A stretch of DNA of 64,000 nt from Candidatus Poseidoniales archaeon (GTDB lineage: Archaea; Thermoplasmatota; Poseidoniia; Poseidoniales; Poseidoniaceae), in NCBI GenBank assembly GCA_038106355.1, contig JAYODQ010000006.1, positions 6,628 to 70,627 of the forward strand, in the 5' to 3' direction. A program made the position numbers and the translations under genes. The notes under the pieces were generated by a model. It had not been told where the DNA came from and searched no databases. It saw only the letters and a list, made by a program, of their open reading frames with translations. Position 1 is the first letter of the stretch, and every line of letters starts with the position of its first letter. Below, piece by piece: positions 50,850-59,812 of this stretch.

Positions 50850-50952
50850 CCGGATGACATGCAAACATACTCAAATAGAACAGTTTAAGCAAAATGGCGG
50901 CATAGTCATAATATACGAAGTTCACAGGAGTATAAGCGGGGTGGGTTATCCA

Positions 50953-53900
50953 ATGAACAAAACAAGGCGATACACAATTTTTGTGCTTGCAATCATGCTC
51001 CTTTCAATCGTGCCAATTTCACCAATCGCAATTGCTCAAGACCAAGGTGTTCCATCAAACTATCAAGCACAAAATATTGAAGCATATTTTGACCCAATCA
51101 CTGAATCAACAACCGTAAATTGGACTGTTCAAGCCACTGTGGATGGCACCGCTCAATTTATTCGATTCCAATATTATCAAGTCTATCGTTCTTCAAATCC
51201 CATCACTCCCCAAACGATATCAAGCCTCACACCGTTTGCTACCAAGCAGGTTTGTCCTCCCTCCGTCGTCGATCCATTCTCTTGTTACGGAATGAGCCAC
51301 TCAGTGACGTATGATGTAGCACCTGGTGTGAATGGTTCATTTTACTACGGCATCACCACGATGCTTTCGAATGGAACCGAAGCGGCCGAACTCATCATGA
51401 ATTCATCTTCGTTGTACGAACCAGTTCAAGAATTGACTTCATCGATTCGTACTCCTTACTTCGTTTCAGCATCATTTGACCCTGCAACGAGCATCACTTC
51501 TTTGAGGTGGATAAATCACAACAAAATCTGTAATTGCAATGACCTTCCTGAAACAGGTGATTCCGCCATGAGTATACGCGTGTGGCGAACAGAATACCCA
51601 GTCGACCGAAGTGTTGGACTTACCTTACCCACACAAGGTACTTTGGTTGCAAATCTGTCGGCCAACGCTTCGTCACTCAATATTGTCATTCCTCAAGATA
51701 CGGAAAGAACAAGCTATTACTCACTGACATATTACTTACCAAATTGGTCTGGTCCAAATCAATCCTATGAGGACTTCCGCTTTCTCGCAGAAAACACTCT
51801 TGATGAACCAGTGGAAGAAGACAATATGCCCCCTGCCCAACCAACGATTATCTATGCAGAATTCCAGCCAGAACCAGATTCAGGTGGTGGAGCAACCCTC
51901 ATTGAATGGAATGACCTTCTCGATGAAGAGGGCGAAACATATCGGATTTACCGCTCAGACCAACCGTTCACAACAATTTTGCGTGCGGATGTTGAACTCG
52001 TCGTCAAAGACATCATCGAAGGCATTGAATCCTATGAAGTCCCAGTACCTCGTGGATATCTTGGATACTCATACTACTGTATGGTCACCGTCGATGCTAC
52101 CGGCGTCATCAACACCAACACCACTCAAACGAGTTGCACCTCACAAGATGGAATTTTAGAAGACGCCTTCTACAACTGGATTGCTGAGCCAACTAGTGTT
52201 GAGTGTGAATACTTAGGCGATCGAACAACACGTGTCACGTGGGATGACCAACTCGGCGTGGAAGGAGAGCAATACCATGTGTGGCATGCCACATACAGAG
52301 TTTCAGGTGTTGAAGTCCAAAACAACCCTAGTGCGTTGAATTGGAACATGTCTGTTGATACGGGTGCACAACTTTGGCTCAAGGGTTCAGTTGCTGACGG
52401 TGTAGGAGAGTTGCTCATCGAAATCGAAGAAGGCATCGAGTACACCCAATCAAGGTACTTTGTGACCACGGAAGCTTTGTATGGCAACCACAATGGAACC
52501 TATCATTATCTTGGTTTGAAGCAGAATTTCTGCACACCAGGGTTAGAGGATTCCGAAGCACCAGACATTCCATCCATTCGAACTGCTGAAACAAATGGTG
52601 TGCTCAACCTTGTTCAAATTGAGTGGGTCAACGATGATGATGAACAAGGAGAAACCTATGCCATTTGGAGGCATTATGGTGACCCATTTGACCCACTTGG
52701 TGATTCACAAGCCATCGAAGACGGATGGGAACTCGTTCGCTCCAACATTCAAGAAAAGCCTGGTCAATACCTGTATGAAGAATTTGAAATCGAGGTCAAT
52801 GTGGACCGAGATGTATGGTATGCCATCACTATTACCGACCGATTTAACAACACCAACTATGAAATCACGAGCAATCTTGGTGGAAACGCCTACCAAGTTC
52901 ACGAGGACACACTCTTGCCCAATGCAACACTCTTGTTCCTCGATAGCAACGGTGCCCCTTACACAAGCCCCTCCTTGGTTTCAGGCTCATACACCCTCCG
53001 AGTTGAAGTCAACGAAGATCTTTCAACGACCCCAACCATCAACATTACAACCTCAAGCGGCGGTCAACTTACTGGTGATGAAGAGCCATTACCGATTCTT
53101 CAAGACAACAGGAACGACCCCAACCGTGGTCCGGTGTACGAATACGATTTTTCCATCACATCAAACACAAAAGCAGGTCTCATGACCATTCAAATTCGTA
53201 TGACTGATGAGTCGAACAACGAAGTTGTCCAATCATGGAGTGAGAAATTTGTCGATGCAAAAATGCCGTCAGTTACCGTCTTCTCACCTTCTTCAAGGAA
53301 CGATGAATCCCAGTATCTCTATGGAAACAACATCAACGTTCTTGTTGGCGCTGAAGATGACGTCATGATTGCCTCATTCCAATACCGATTCACCTACCAC
53401 TATGGTGGAACAACCGGAAACTCCGTCTCAACAGAATGGTCCGATTTGACCGGCATTACTGATATCGACGGAGATTGGTCAGCATTAACAGCAAACATGG
53501 ATGTTGCAGCAGGTAACTTTGGATTGGGTTATCATAGACTCTCGGTTCGAGTTGTAGATACGGCTGGAAATCAAAACACAGCAAATGTTGATTTTACGGT
53601 TGATTTCTGTCGAAACACAATCAATGGAACCACAATTTGTGAGGTCGTTGAGGCTTTAAAGGGGACTCCAGACCCCATTGAAATTCGCCCGTCATTTACA
53701 GACCCTCCCTACGTTATTGTATGGATTGTTGCTGGCATCAATTTGCTTGCAATTCTTGTATCCATGCTTGTCATTAAGACTGGAATGAGTGGTCCTAAGA
53801 AAAAGAAAGGTGACGAGGAGGAGACTGATGATTGGATGGCTGAGTTCATTGGCTCAGGCTCATCACAAGAATTGGATATGTCCGCCATTACTGGTACTGA

Positions 53901-54252
53901 AAAGAAGGTGGTTCCAGAGCTGAGTAGCGAGAGTTCAGAGAAATCGAACGAACCTGAAGAAGACGATCCATTTGCTATTAACATCACACAAAGGAAACCG
54001 CGTCGACGGTCGAAGAAGGAAGAACCTGAAGATGATGACGATGATGATGACGATGATGATGACGACGATGAAGACCTCTTTGACGACGATGACGAAGACG
54101 ACGATGACGATGATGACGATGATGGTCCACGACGGCCACGACGACGACCCACTGGTCGAGCACCATCTCGTCAGCGACCTACAACCGGAAGAAGGCCAGC
54201 ACCAAGTTCAGCACCTCGCAAGCGTCGAACTGTCAAACAATCCGATGATTGA
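50953..54252 (+). CDS. Large surface protein: signal peptide, five FN3-like repeats, Ig-like domains, C-terminal TM, cytoplasmic poly-Asp/Arg-rich tail
   Basis: Signal MNKTRR...IAQ; repeats YQVYRS/IRVWRT/YRIYRS/YHVWHA/YAIWRH each followed by an aromatic (YY/YF/WY)-x-x-T strand; TM YVIVWIVAGINLLAILVSMLVI followed by KKKK. Confidence 0.85.
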   Translation: MNKTRRYTIFVLAIMLLSIVPISPIAIAQDQGVPSNYQAQNIEAYFDPITESTTVNWTVQATVDGTAQFIRFQYYQVYRSSNPITPQTISSLTPFATKQVCPPSVVDPFSCYGMSHSVTYDVAPGVNGSFYYGITTMLSNGTEAAELIMNSSSLYEPVQELTSSIRTPYFVSASFDPATSITSLRWINHNKICNCNDLPETGDSAMSIRVWRTEYPVDRSVGLTLPTQGTLVANLSANASSLNIVIPQDTERTSYYSLTYYLPNWSGPNQSYEDFRFLAENTLDEPVEEDNMPPAQPTIIYAEFQPEPDSGGGATLIEWNDLLDEEGETYRIYRSDQPFTTILRADVELVVKDIIEGIESYEVPVPRGYLGYSYYCMVTVDATGVINTNTTQTSCTSQDGILEDAFYNWIAEPTSVECEYLGDRTTRVTWDDQLGVEGEQYHVWHATYRVSGVEVQNNPSALNWNMSVDTGAQLWLKGSVADGVGELLIEIEEGIEYTQSRYFVTTEALYGNHNGTYHYLGLKQNFCTPGLEDSEAPDIPSIRTAETNGVLNLVQIEWVNDDDEQGETYAIWRHYGDPFDPLGDSQAIEDGWELVRSNIQEKPGQYLYEEFEIEVNVDRDVWYAITITDRFNNTNYEITSNLGGNAYQVHEDTLLPNATLLFLDSNGAPYTSPSLVSGSYTLRVEVNEDLSTTPTINITTSSGGQLTGDEEPLPILQDNRNDPNRGPVYEYDFSITSNTKAGLMTIQIRMTDESNNEVVQSWSEKFVDAKMPSVTVFSPSSRNDESQYLYGNNINVLVGAEDDVMIASFQYRFTYHYGGTTGNSVSTEWSDLTGITDIDGDWSALTANMDVAAGNFGLGYHRLSVRVVDTAGNQNTANVDFTVDFCRNTINGTTICEVVEALKGTPDPIEIRPSFTDPPYVIVWIVAGINLLAILVSMLVIKTGMSGPKKKKGDEEETDDWMAEFIGSGSSQELDMSAITGTEKKVVPELSSESSEKSNEPEEDDPFAINITQRKPRRRSKKEEPEDDDDDDDDDDDDDEDLFDDDDEDDDDDDDDDGPRRPRRRPTGRAPSRQRPTTGRRPAPSSAPRKRRTVKQSDD
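54031..54123 (+). repeat. Imperfect GAT/GAC trinucleotide tract encoding poly-Asp (D13-EDLF-D4-E-D9)
   Basis: Read directly from the sequence, in frame with the 50953-54252 CDS. Confidence 0.95.
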
Positions 54253-54278
54253 GGAACTTCGTTCCGGGTGATGCTTTC

Positions 54279-55418
54279 ATGAGCGATGAAGCAGAACATC
54301 AACATGGGATTGGGGGGCCCTATCGCCCGTTGATTTCGATTTTCCATCCTGGAGACAACAAATTGAATTGGCTATTACTCTTTTTACCCGTTTCAATTTA
54401 TTTCTCCTTGACCCACCAACTTACTTTAGCATTTTTTTCATCCATGCTTGCCATCGCACCACTTGCCTTCCTCATGGGCAAAGCAACCGAAGAAATTGCG
54501 ATACGAACTGGAGAATCCATAGGGGGATTGTTAAACGCCACTTTTGGAAATGCTGTTGAAATGATCATCGCAGGTATGGCTCTCTATGCTGCGAGCACCA
54601 ACCCTGACATTTTGGATACAATGGTTACCGTTACCCAGGCCTCATTGATTGGCTCAATTTTGGGTAATCTTCTGCTCGTGCTTGGCCTCTCCATTGTTTG
54701 GGGTGGGCTGCGACACAATGAACAATCGTTTAGTCGCGTTGGAGGTGAAATGAATGGAGCGTTGCTTGTGATCGCTATTGCTTGTTTGATTATTCCATCG
54801 GCAATGGATTATTCTGGAGGTACAGCCGAAGACGTGCTCAAACTTTCAAGAGCAACTGCCGTGATCATGCTTGTTGTGTATGGATGTTCTCTTCTGTTTC
54901 AACTCAAAACTCATTCATCGATGTTCGAATCATCTGAACATGGTGAACACGAAGAGCCAGAACTCTCTATTCGTGATTCTTGGATTCTCTTGCTTACTGC
55001 GACCATACTTGTGGGTTGGATGGCCCACATTCTTGTCCATAGTTTGGAGGAAACAGTGACAAAATATGCCATTCCGGAGTTGTTTATTGGTGTCATCTTA
55101 CTTCCATTTTTTGGCAATGCGGCAGAACATTTTACCGCAGTATTAGTTGCAGGGAAAGGAAAAATGGACCTTTCCATGTCAATTGCTATCGGAAGTAGCA
55201 TCCAAATTGCACTCTTCGTCGCTCCTGTGATGGTTCTTCTTGCTTGGGTTCTTGGTGTTCATCTTCCATTGGAATTTGGATTGCTTGAAACCGCTGCAAC
55301 CTTTGTTGCCGTACTCATCACCATAGCCATTCTCAATGATGGGAAAACCAATTGGCTTGAAGGCGTCCTCGCTCTTGCTTGTTACACAATTCTTGGTATT
55401 GCATTTTTCTTTATGTGA
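54279..55418 (+). CDS. cax: Ca2+/H+ antiporter (CAX/ChaA family)
   Basis: Alpha-1 repeat GGLLNATFGNAVE and alpha-2 repeat GNAAEH; GSSIQIALFVAP; DGKTNWLEG. Confidence 0.92.
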   Translation: MSDEAEHQHGIGGPYRPLISIFHPGDNKLNWLLLFLPVSIYFSLTHQLTLAFFSSMLAIAPLAFLMGKATEEIAIRTGESIGGLLNATFGNAVEMIIAGMALYAASTNPDILDTMVTVTQASLIGSILGNLLLVLGLSIVWGGLRHNEQSFSRVGGEMNGALLVIAIACLIIPSAMDYSGGTAEDVLKLSRATAVIMLVVYGCSLLFQLKTHSSMFESSEHGEHEEPELSIRDSWILLLTATILVGWMAHILVHSLEETVTKYAIPELFIGVILLPFFGNAAEHFTAVLVAGKGKMDLSMSIAIGSSIQIALFVAPVMVLLAWVLGVHLPLEFGLLETAATFVAVLITIAILNDGKTNWLEGVLALACYTILGIAFFFM

Positions 55419-55427
55419 GGGGCTGAG

Positions 55428-55982
55428 ATGATTTCAAGGCCAGAAACGAAAAAGCAACTCGCTGGAAGCATTCTTGTAATTTTGAGCGTAATGAGTTGCA
55501 TGTTGGGTTTTTTGGGCTGGAGCACCGAAGGTGAAGTTTCAGACATTCAAACGCCGACGATTCGAGACTACTCCTTTTTTTCAAGTGAACCACTTCCTTC
55601 GGAATTATCCAATATGCTGCTCACATCACAATTGAAATTGACGTGGGATAGCGAGGAGATTTATGTTGTCATCGTCGATGAAGATGAGAAAAATTCCTGC
55701 CCTGTTGAAGCAGCATTCATCGAAGGGGCCACGCCAGGTGGCCAGTGTTCATCCACAGACCAAGACATTCTTGCCGGAGGTGCCGCATTTGGACCAGATC
55801 AAGGTATCACTTGGGAAGTTGAGCAAGGGTCGCATTATGTGGGCATTGGTTCTCGTGTCGACACACTATCTTCCGACCAAGATGTGACTATCGATTATGA
55901 AGTTCATATCCGTGCTTCGTTCGCCTTGTATTTCATCATCTTTCTGTTAGGAATCGGTGGAGCAGTCATGTGGTGGGATTAA
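55428..55982 (+). CDS. Membrane protein with N- and C-terminal TM and a small extracellular beta domain
   Basis: Hydrophobic ends; a Cys pair; 9 bp after cax. Confidence 0.65.
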   Translation: MISRPETKKQLAGSILVILSVMSCMLGFLGWSTEGEVSDIQTPTIRDYSFFSSEPLPSELSNMLLTSQLKLTWDSEEIYVVIVDEDEKNSCPVEAAFIEGATPGGQCSSTDQDILAGGAAFGPDQGITWEVEQGSHYVGIGSRVDTLSSDQDVTIDYEVHIRASFALYFIIFLLGIGGAVMWWD

Positions 55983-57286
55983 TTTCCTTCGACACCTTCG
56001 TAATAGTGCTCAACAGCGAGATTGATGTCATCTCGGATTTGCTGTTCATCAAGTGAAAGTGTGATGCCGTCTTTTCGCAGTGGCCTTCCTTCGACCCACA
56101 TATCGAGGCATTCTCCACCATTGTATACAAGATGAGAAAGATAGCGATTCCTACCTCGACCATGAGGTGACATTCGAATGTCGTCTGTAGCCCAAGCAAC
56201 CCAATCTTGACTTTCTTTTGTGGCTATTTGAAAGATCTCAGATGCAGGCAACAAGGTCGAATCCCAATGGTCATGTCGTTGAACAAGACTTGCAGTCTTC
56301 GCCTCAGCGAGCAGATTTAGTCCGTTGCCTGAGGACGCTGCACCATCGGTTCCGAGCCGGATATCAACACCTGCTTGAGCGTAGGCTGGATAAGAAAGAG
56401 TGCCTCCGCAAGCGAGTTTCATGTTTGATGAAGGGCAATGCACGACCGTTGTATCGTGGTTCTTCAGAAGTTGAATTTCATTCTTTTTGACCCAAGAGGC
56501 ATGAGCACATATCGTACCAGGTTTGAAAAAATCAATTGAATCCAAATATTCAACGGGATATTTGTTGTGTGCTGAAAAACAATCTGAAATTTCCTTTCTC
56601 GTTTCACTCACATGAATATGCAACCGTGCTTTCCTTTTTTCAGCTAAGTCAGACGCTTTTTGCAGGGTCTCTTCCGTGCAAAGGTAGACAGAATGTGTCG
56701 CAATTGCATATTGAATTCGGTGTGACGCATCATTTGTAGATAAGAGGCTGTCCAATTCGTCAAGTGCGGACACGGCATCGGGATGACTTGGAAGAGCAAC
56801 ATCACTTACAGGGCCACCGACCAAACCACGTAGGCCTGCTTTGTCAAGAACATCACCAGTTGTCGAAGGGAAAAAATACATGTCTGCTGCAAAGGTTGAA
56901 CCTGTTCGAATCATTTCAGCGGCTGCAGCACTTGAACCAACACGCACGTACTCTGGAGAAATTCGGGATTCGGTAGGAAAAATTGCTTCGTTGAGCCATC
57001 GATGCAGCGGAAATCCATCGCTAAAATCACGTCCATTAAGTTGCATAGCGAGATGGGTATGCCAGTTCTGTAGGGATCTTGTGATGAGTTTCTTTGAGCC
57101 ATCCAGCACTTCATGGACATCCTCATCACCATTGGAGACAGACCATGAACCGTCGGCGTGAAGGAGAACATCACCCTCATGGCGAAGACCGTGATGGTCA
57201 ATGAGAATCGTGTTCGTGTATCGAACAGAAGCATCTTCGCCCATGGTTCTTGGGAAGGCTTCTCTCTCATCAATGCTAGTATTCAT
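55979..57286 (-). CDS. Amidohydrolase (MTA/SAH deaminase-like)
   Basis: NWHTH, EMIRTGSTFAADMYF, THSVYLC, LHIHVSET, AHAS, HCPSSNMKL, LGTDGAAS. Confidence 0.88.
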   Translation of the reverse strand: MNTSIDEREAFPRTMGEDASVRYTNTILIDHHGLRHEGDVLLHADGSWSVSNGDEDVHEVLDGSKKLITRSLQNWHTHLAMQLNGRDFSDGFPLHRWLNEAIFPTESRISPEYVRVGSSAAAAEMIRTGSTFAADMYFFPSTTGDVLDKAGLRGLVGGPVSDVALPSHPDAVSALDELDSLLSTNDASHRIQYAIATHSVYLCTEETLQKASDLAEKRKARLHIHVSETRKEISDCFSAHNKYPVEYLDSIDFFKPGTICAHASWVKKNEIQLLKNHDTTVVHCPSSNMKLACGGTLSYPAYAQAGVDIRLGTDGAASSGNGLNLLAEAKTASLVQRHDHWDSTLLPASEIFQIATKESQDWVAWATDDIRMSPHGRGRNRYLSHLVYNGGECLDMWVEGRPLRKDGITLSLDEQQIRDDINLAVEHYYEGVEGN

Positions 57287-57327
57287 ACCGACTTGCTTAT
57301 GTTCAAAAATAAATTCGGCCGCCTTAT

Positions 57328-57400
57328 GCCACTGTGGCTTAGCTGGTAGAGCATCTGATTCGTAATCAGAAGGTCGGGGGTTCGAATCCCCCCAGTGGCT
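57328..57400 (+). tRNA. tRNA-Thr (CGT)
   Basis: Acceptor GCCACTG/CAGTGGC; anticodon arm TCTGA-TTCGTAA-TCAGA; T arm GGGGG-TTCGAAT-CCCCC; CCA not encoded. Confidence 0.95.
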
Positions 57401-57401
57401 T

Positions 57402-58661
57402 CTATTCCTTTTTGCTTACCTTTGTAAGTTCCATGGAAAATAAGGTCGCACTCGATTCAAGGCTCACGACCCCCGGTAAAGCACGGCCTGCGATATAATC
57501 GAGGCATGCCCCTCCACCGGTTGATACATGGCCCATCTTATGGGCTAATTTTCGTTTCGAAACGAGGGTTGCAGTGTGTCCTCCACCAACGACAGTGTAA
57601 GCATTTGATTCAGCACATGCATTGAGAATTTCATAGGTGCCAAGTGCAAAATCACTGTTCTCAAACACCCCTGCTGGACCGTTGAGGATGACGGTACCCG
57701 CTTGCTTAATTGCTGTTGAAATCTCAAAGATTGATTTGATTCCAAGGTCATGAATTGGTGCGTCAAAGGGTAATTTGTCGAGCGGGATATCCACCCGATT
57801 GTTTTCAACATTGACGGCTACATCTATGGGCAGACGAATTTTTTCTGAGAAGTTGGCGAGTAATGAGGTCGCAATATCAACGACATGTTCCCATGCGCCC
57901 TCGGCCGCTTTGATGAGAAAGTCGATGTTCTCTTTCCCAATGTCGATTCCTTTGGCGTGGAAGAATACATTGGCGACTCCACCGGTTGCCCAAATTTCGT
58001 CGGCGATTTTGTTGCGAAGCATGTTTTGAGCAACTTCAATTGAATCGTCGATTTTGACGCCACCCAAGACTGCGAGGCATGGACGAACTGGCTGTTCGAG
58101 TGCTTGGTCCAATTTTTTGATTTCTTTGCCCATGAGCACTCCTGCAACGCAAGGAATATGACTGGTAAATCCAACGATGGATGCGCTTCCACGGTGAGCA
58201 CAGGCAAAAGCATCATTGACGAACACATCGGCAATGCTTGCCAAATGTTGGACCATATTTGTGTCGCCCAAGGTGTTCATGTCTCCTTTGAGCAACTCAT
58301 CATCATCCATTCGTACGTTGTTGAGCATGAGAATGTCTCCATTACTCATTTGTTCGATGGCCTGCATTGCACGTTCGCCATGGATATCATTGACCCACTG
58401 TACTTTTCGCCCCAATAAACGACCGAGTTCTCTTGCATGTCCGAGCGTACTTGTGAAATCGAATTTACCACGACGAGATTGGTGAGCTAAAATGACGACT
58501 TTGGCCCCTTTCAATTTGTTCATGGTCGGAACGATTGCTCGAATTCGAGTCACATCAAGAAATTCTTTGGTTTGAGGGTCCATTGGGCTGTTGATATCCA
58601 CGCGAAGCAACACGGTCTTACCAGCGATGTCCACATCGGACAAGGTAAGGACCTTCGCCAT
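57402..58661 (-). CDS. pgk: Phosphoglycerate kinase
   Basis: VLLRVDINSP, LAHQSR, FVNDAFACAHR, LGGVK, NGPAGVFE, GGGHT, HVSTGGGA; start ATG 58661. Confidence 0.95.
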   Translation of the reverse strand: MAKVLTLSDVDIAGKTVLLRVDINSPMDPQTKEFLDVTRIRAIVPTMNKLKGAKVVILAHQSRRGKFDFTSTLGHARELGRLLGRKVQWVNDIHGERAMQAIEQMSNGDILMLNNVRMDDDELLKGDMNTLGDTNMVQHLASIADVFVNDAFACAHRGSASIVGFTSHIPCVAGVLMGKEIKKLDQALEQPVRPCLAVLGGVKIDDSIEVAQNMLRNKIADEIWATGGVANVFFHAKGIDIGKENIDFLIKAAEGAWEHVVDIATSLLANFSEKIRLPIDVAVNVENNRVDIPLDKLPFDAPIHDLGIKSIFEISTAIKQAGTVILNGPAGVFENSDFALGTYEILNACAESNAYTVVGGGHTATLVSKRKLAHKMGHVSTGGGACLDYIAGRALPGVVSLESSATLFSMELTKVSKKE

Positions 58662-58802
58662 TGTGAGAACGAAGCGAAGTCGGTTTTTCATATCTTTTGT
58701 TATGAAAAAAACTGTTTCGCTACCGTACATTGATTGAGAATATTGGTTGGAATGCCTTTGATTTTGAAAAAAATAGAAAGGGCTTCGCGTTGATTCGGAG
58801 AT

Positions 58803-59747
58803 ATGGCAGAAGATCCTTTGCATGAACAAAAGGGTCTCGAGGGGCCTCGTCGGCGAGCAAAAACCGCAACCTCAGCCTTTGGCGTTTCAAAGAGGGAAGG
58901 CCATGATTCTTCAGCGTTTTATACTGCAAAAATGAATCAAGCTTTCATATCATCGAGGGAAGTTGGCGATGCAGATTCGATTCCACCTCATCTGAGCAAC
59001 ACTATTCATTGCCACGATTCCACCGACCTTCATTTCATACCGAACAACTGTGTCGACCTTGTCGTCACATCTCCGCCTTACAATGCTACCAAAGAATACG
59101 ATGAAGATTTGACCTTTGATCAATATTTGAATCTGCTTCGCGGTGTGTTTTCAGAATGCTATCGAGTCTTGGCTCCTGGAGGTCGAATGGTCGTGAATGT
59201 GGCTAATCTTGGCAGGAAGCCGTACTTGCCGCTTACTTCGTACATCAATGTGATGATGATTGAATTAGGGTTCTTGATGCGAGGCGAAATTATTTGGGAC
59301 AAATCGGCGAGTGCGGGAAGTTCTTGTGCTTGGGGTTCATTCCAATCAGCAAGCAATCCATGTTTACGCGATGTGCATGAATATTTGCTCGTTTTTTCAA
59401 AAGGAGACTTCAAGAAATCAAAGGTTGGTCCTGATAAAAATGTGAAACAGAACACCATCGATAAAGATGAATTCATTCAATTTTCAAAATCAATTTGGTC
59501 TTTTTCGACCGAGCGAGCCTCACGTGTTCAACATCCAGCGCCGTTCCCCATCGAATTACCTCGAAGATGCATTGAATTCTACTCGTACGAAGGCGATGTC
59601 GTGCTCGACCCATTCCTCGGCTCCGGTTCAACTGCACTTGCTGCTCTCTTGACCAATCGAACATACATCGGCGTTGATATTTCAGAGGAATATTGCAAGA
59701 CAGCTCAACAACGTGTAGCAGATCTGCTTCCTTCCCTTAAATTGTGA
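58803..59747 (+). CDS. Beta-class amino-DNA methyltransferase (probably N4-cytosine), orphan
   Basis: Catalytic VTSPPY precedes SAM-binding VLDPFLGSGST; HPAPFP; HEYLLVF. Confidence 0.88.
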   Translation: MAEDPLHEQKGLEGPRRRAKTATSAFGVSKREGHDSSAFYTAKMNQAFISSREVGDADSIPPHLSNTIHCHDSTDLHFIPNNCVDLVVTSPPYNATKEYDEDLTFDQYLNLLRGVFSECYRVLAPGGRMVVNVANLGRKPYLPLTSYINVMMIELGFLMRGEIIWDKSASAGSSCAWGSFQSASNPCLRDVHEYLLVFSKGDFKKSKVGPDKNVKQNTIDKDEFIQFSKSIWSFSTERASRVQHPAPFPIELPRRCIEFYSYEGDVVLDPFLGSGSTALAALLTNRTYIGVDISEEYCKTAQQRVADLLPSLKL

Positions 59748-59812
59748 CCGAATGCAAAGAAGAAAACCATTGAAGCAGGAGTTGTTTTGAACCACTCCCT
59801 CATGGCCGAATC

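Noticed and set aside
53709-54271. Poly-Ser, Met/Thr-rich and His/Arg-rich ORFs (53709-54152 -, 53972-54271 +, 53984-54166 -)
   Set aside because: These are alternative-frame shadows of the GAT/GAC poly-Asp tract.
48590-57400. Genomic island bounded by the two tRNAs
   Set aside because: No duplicated tRNA 3' end (att site) noticed, no integrase, and the content includes core genes (Fap7-type kinase, lipid synthase).
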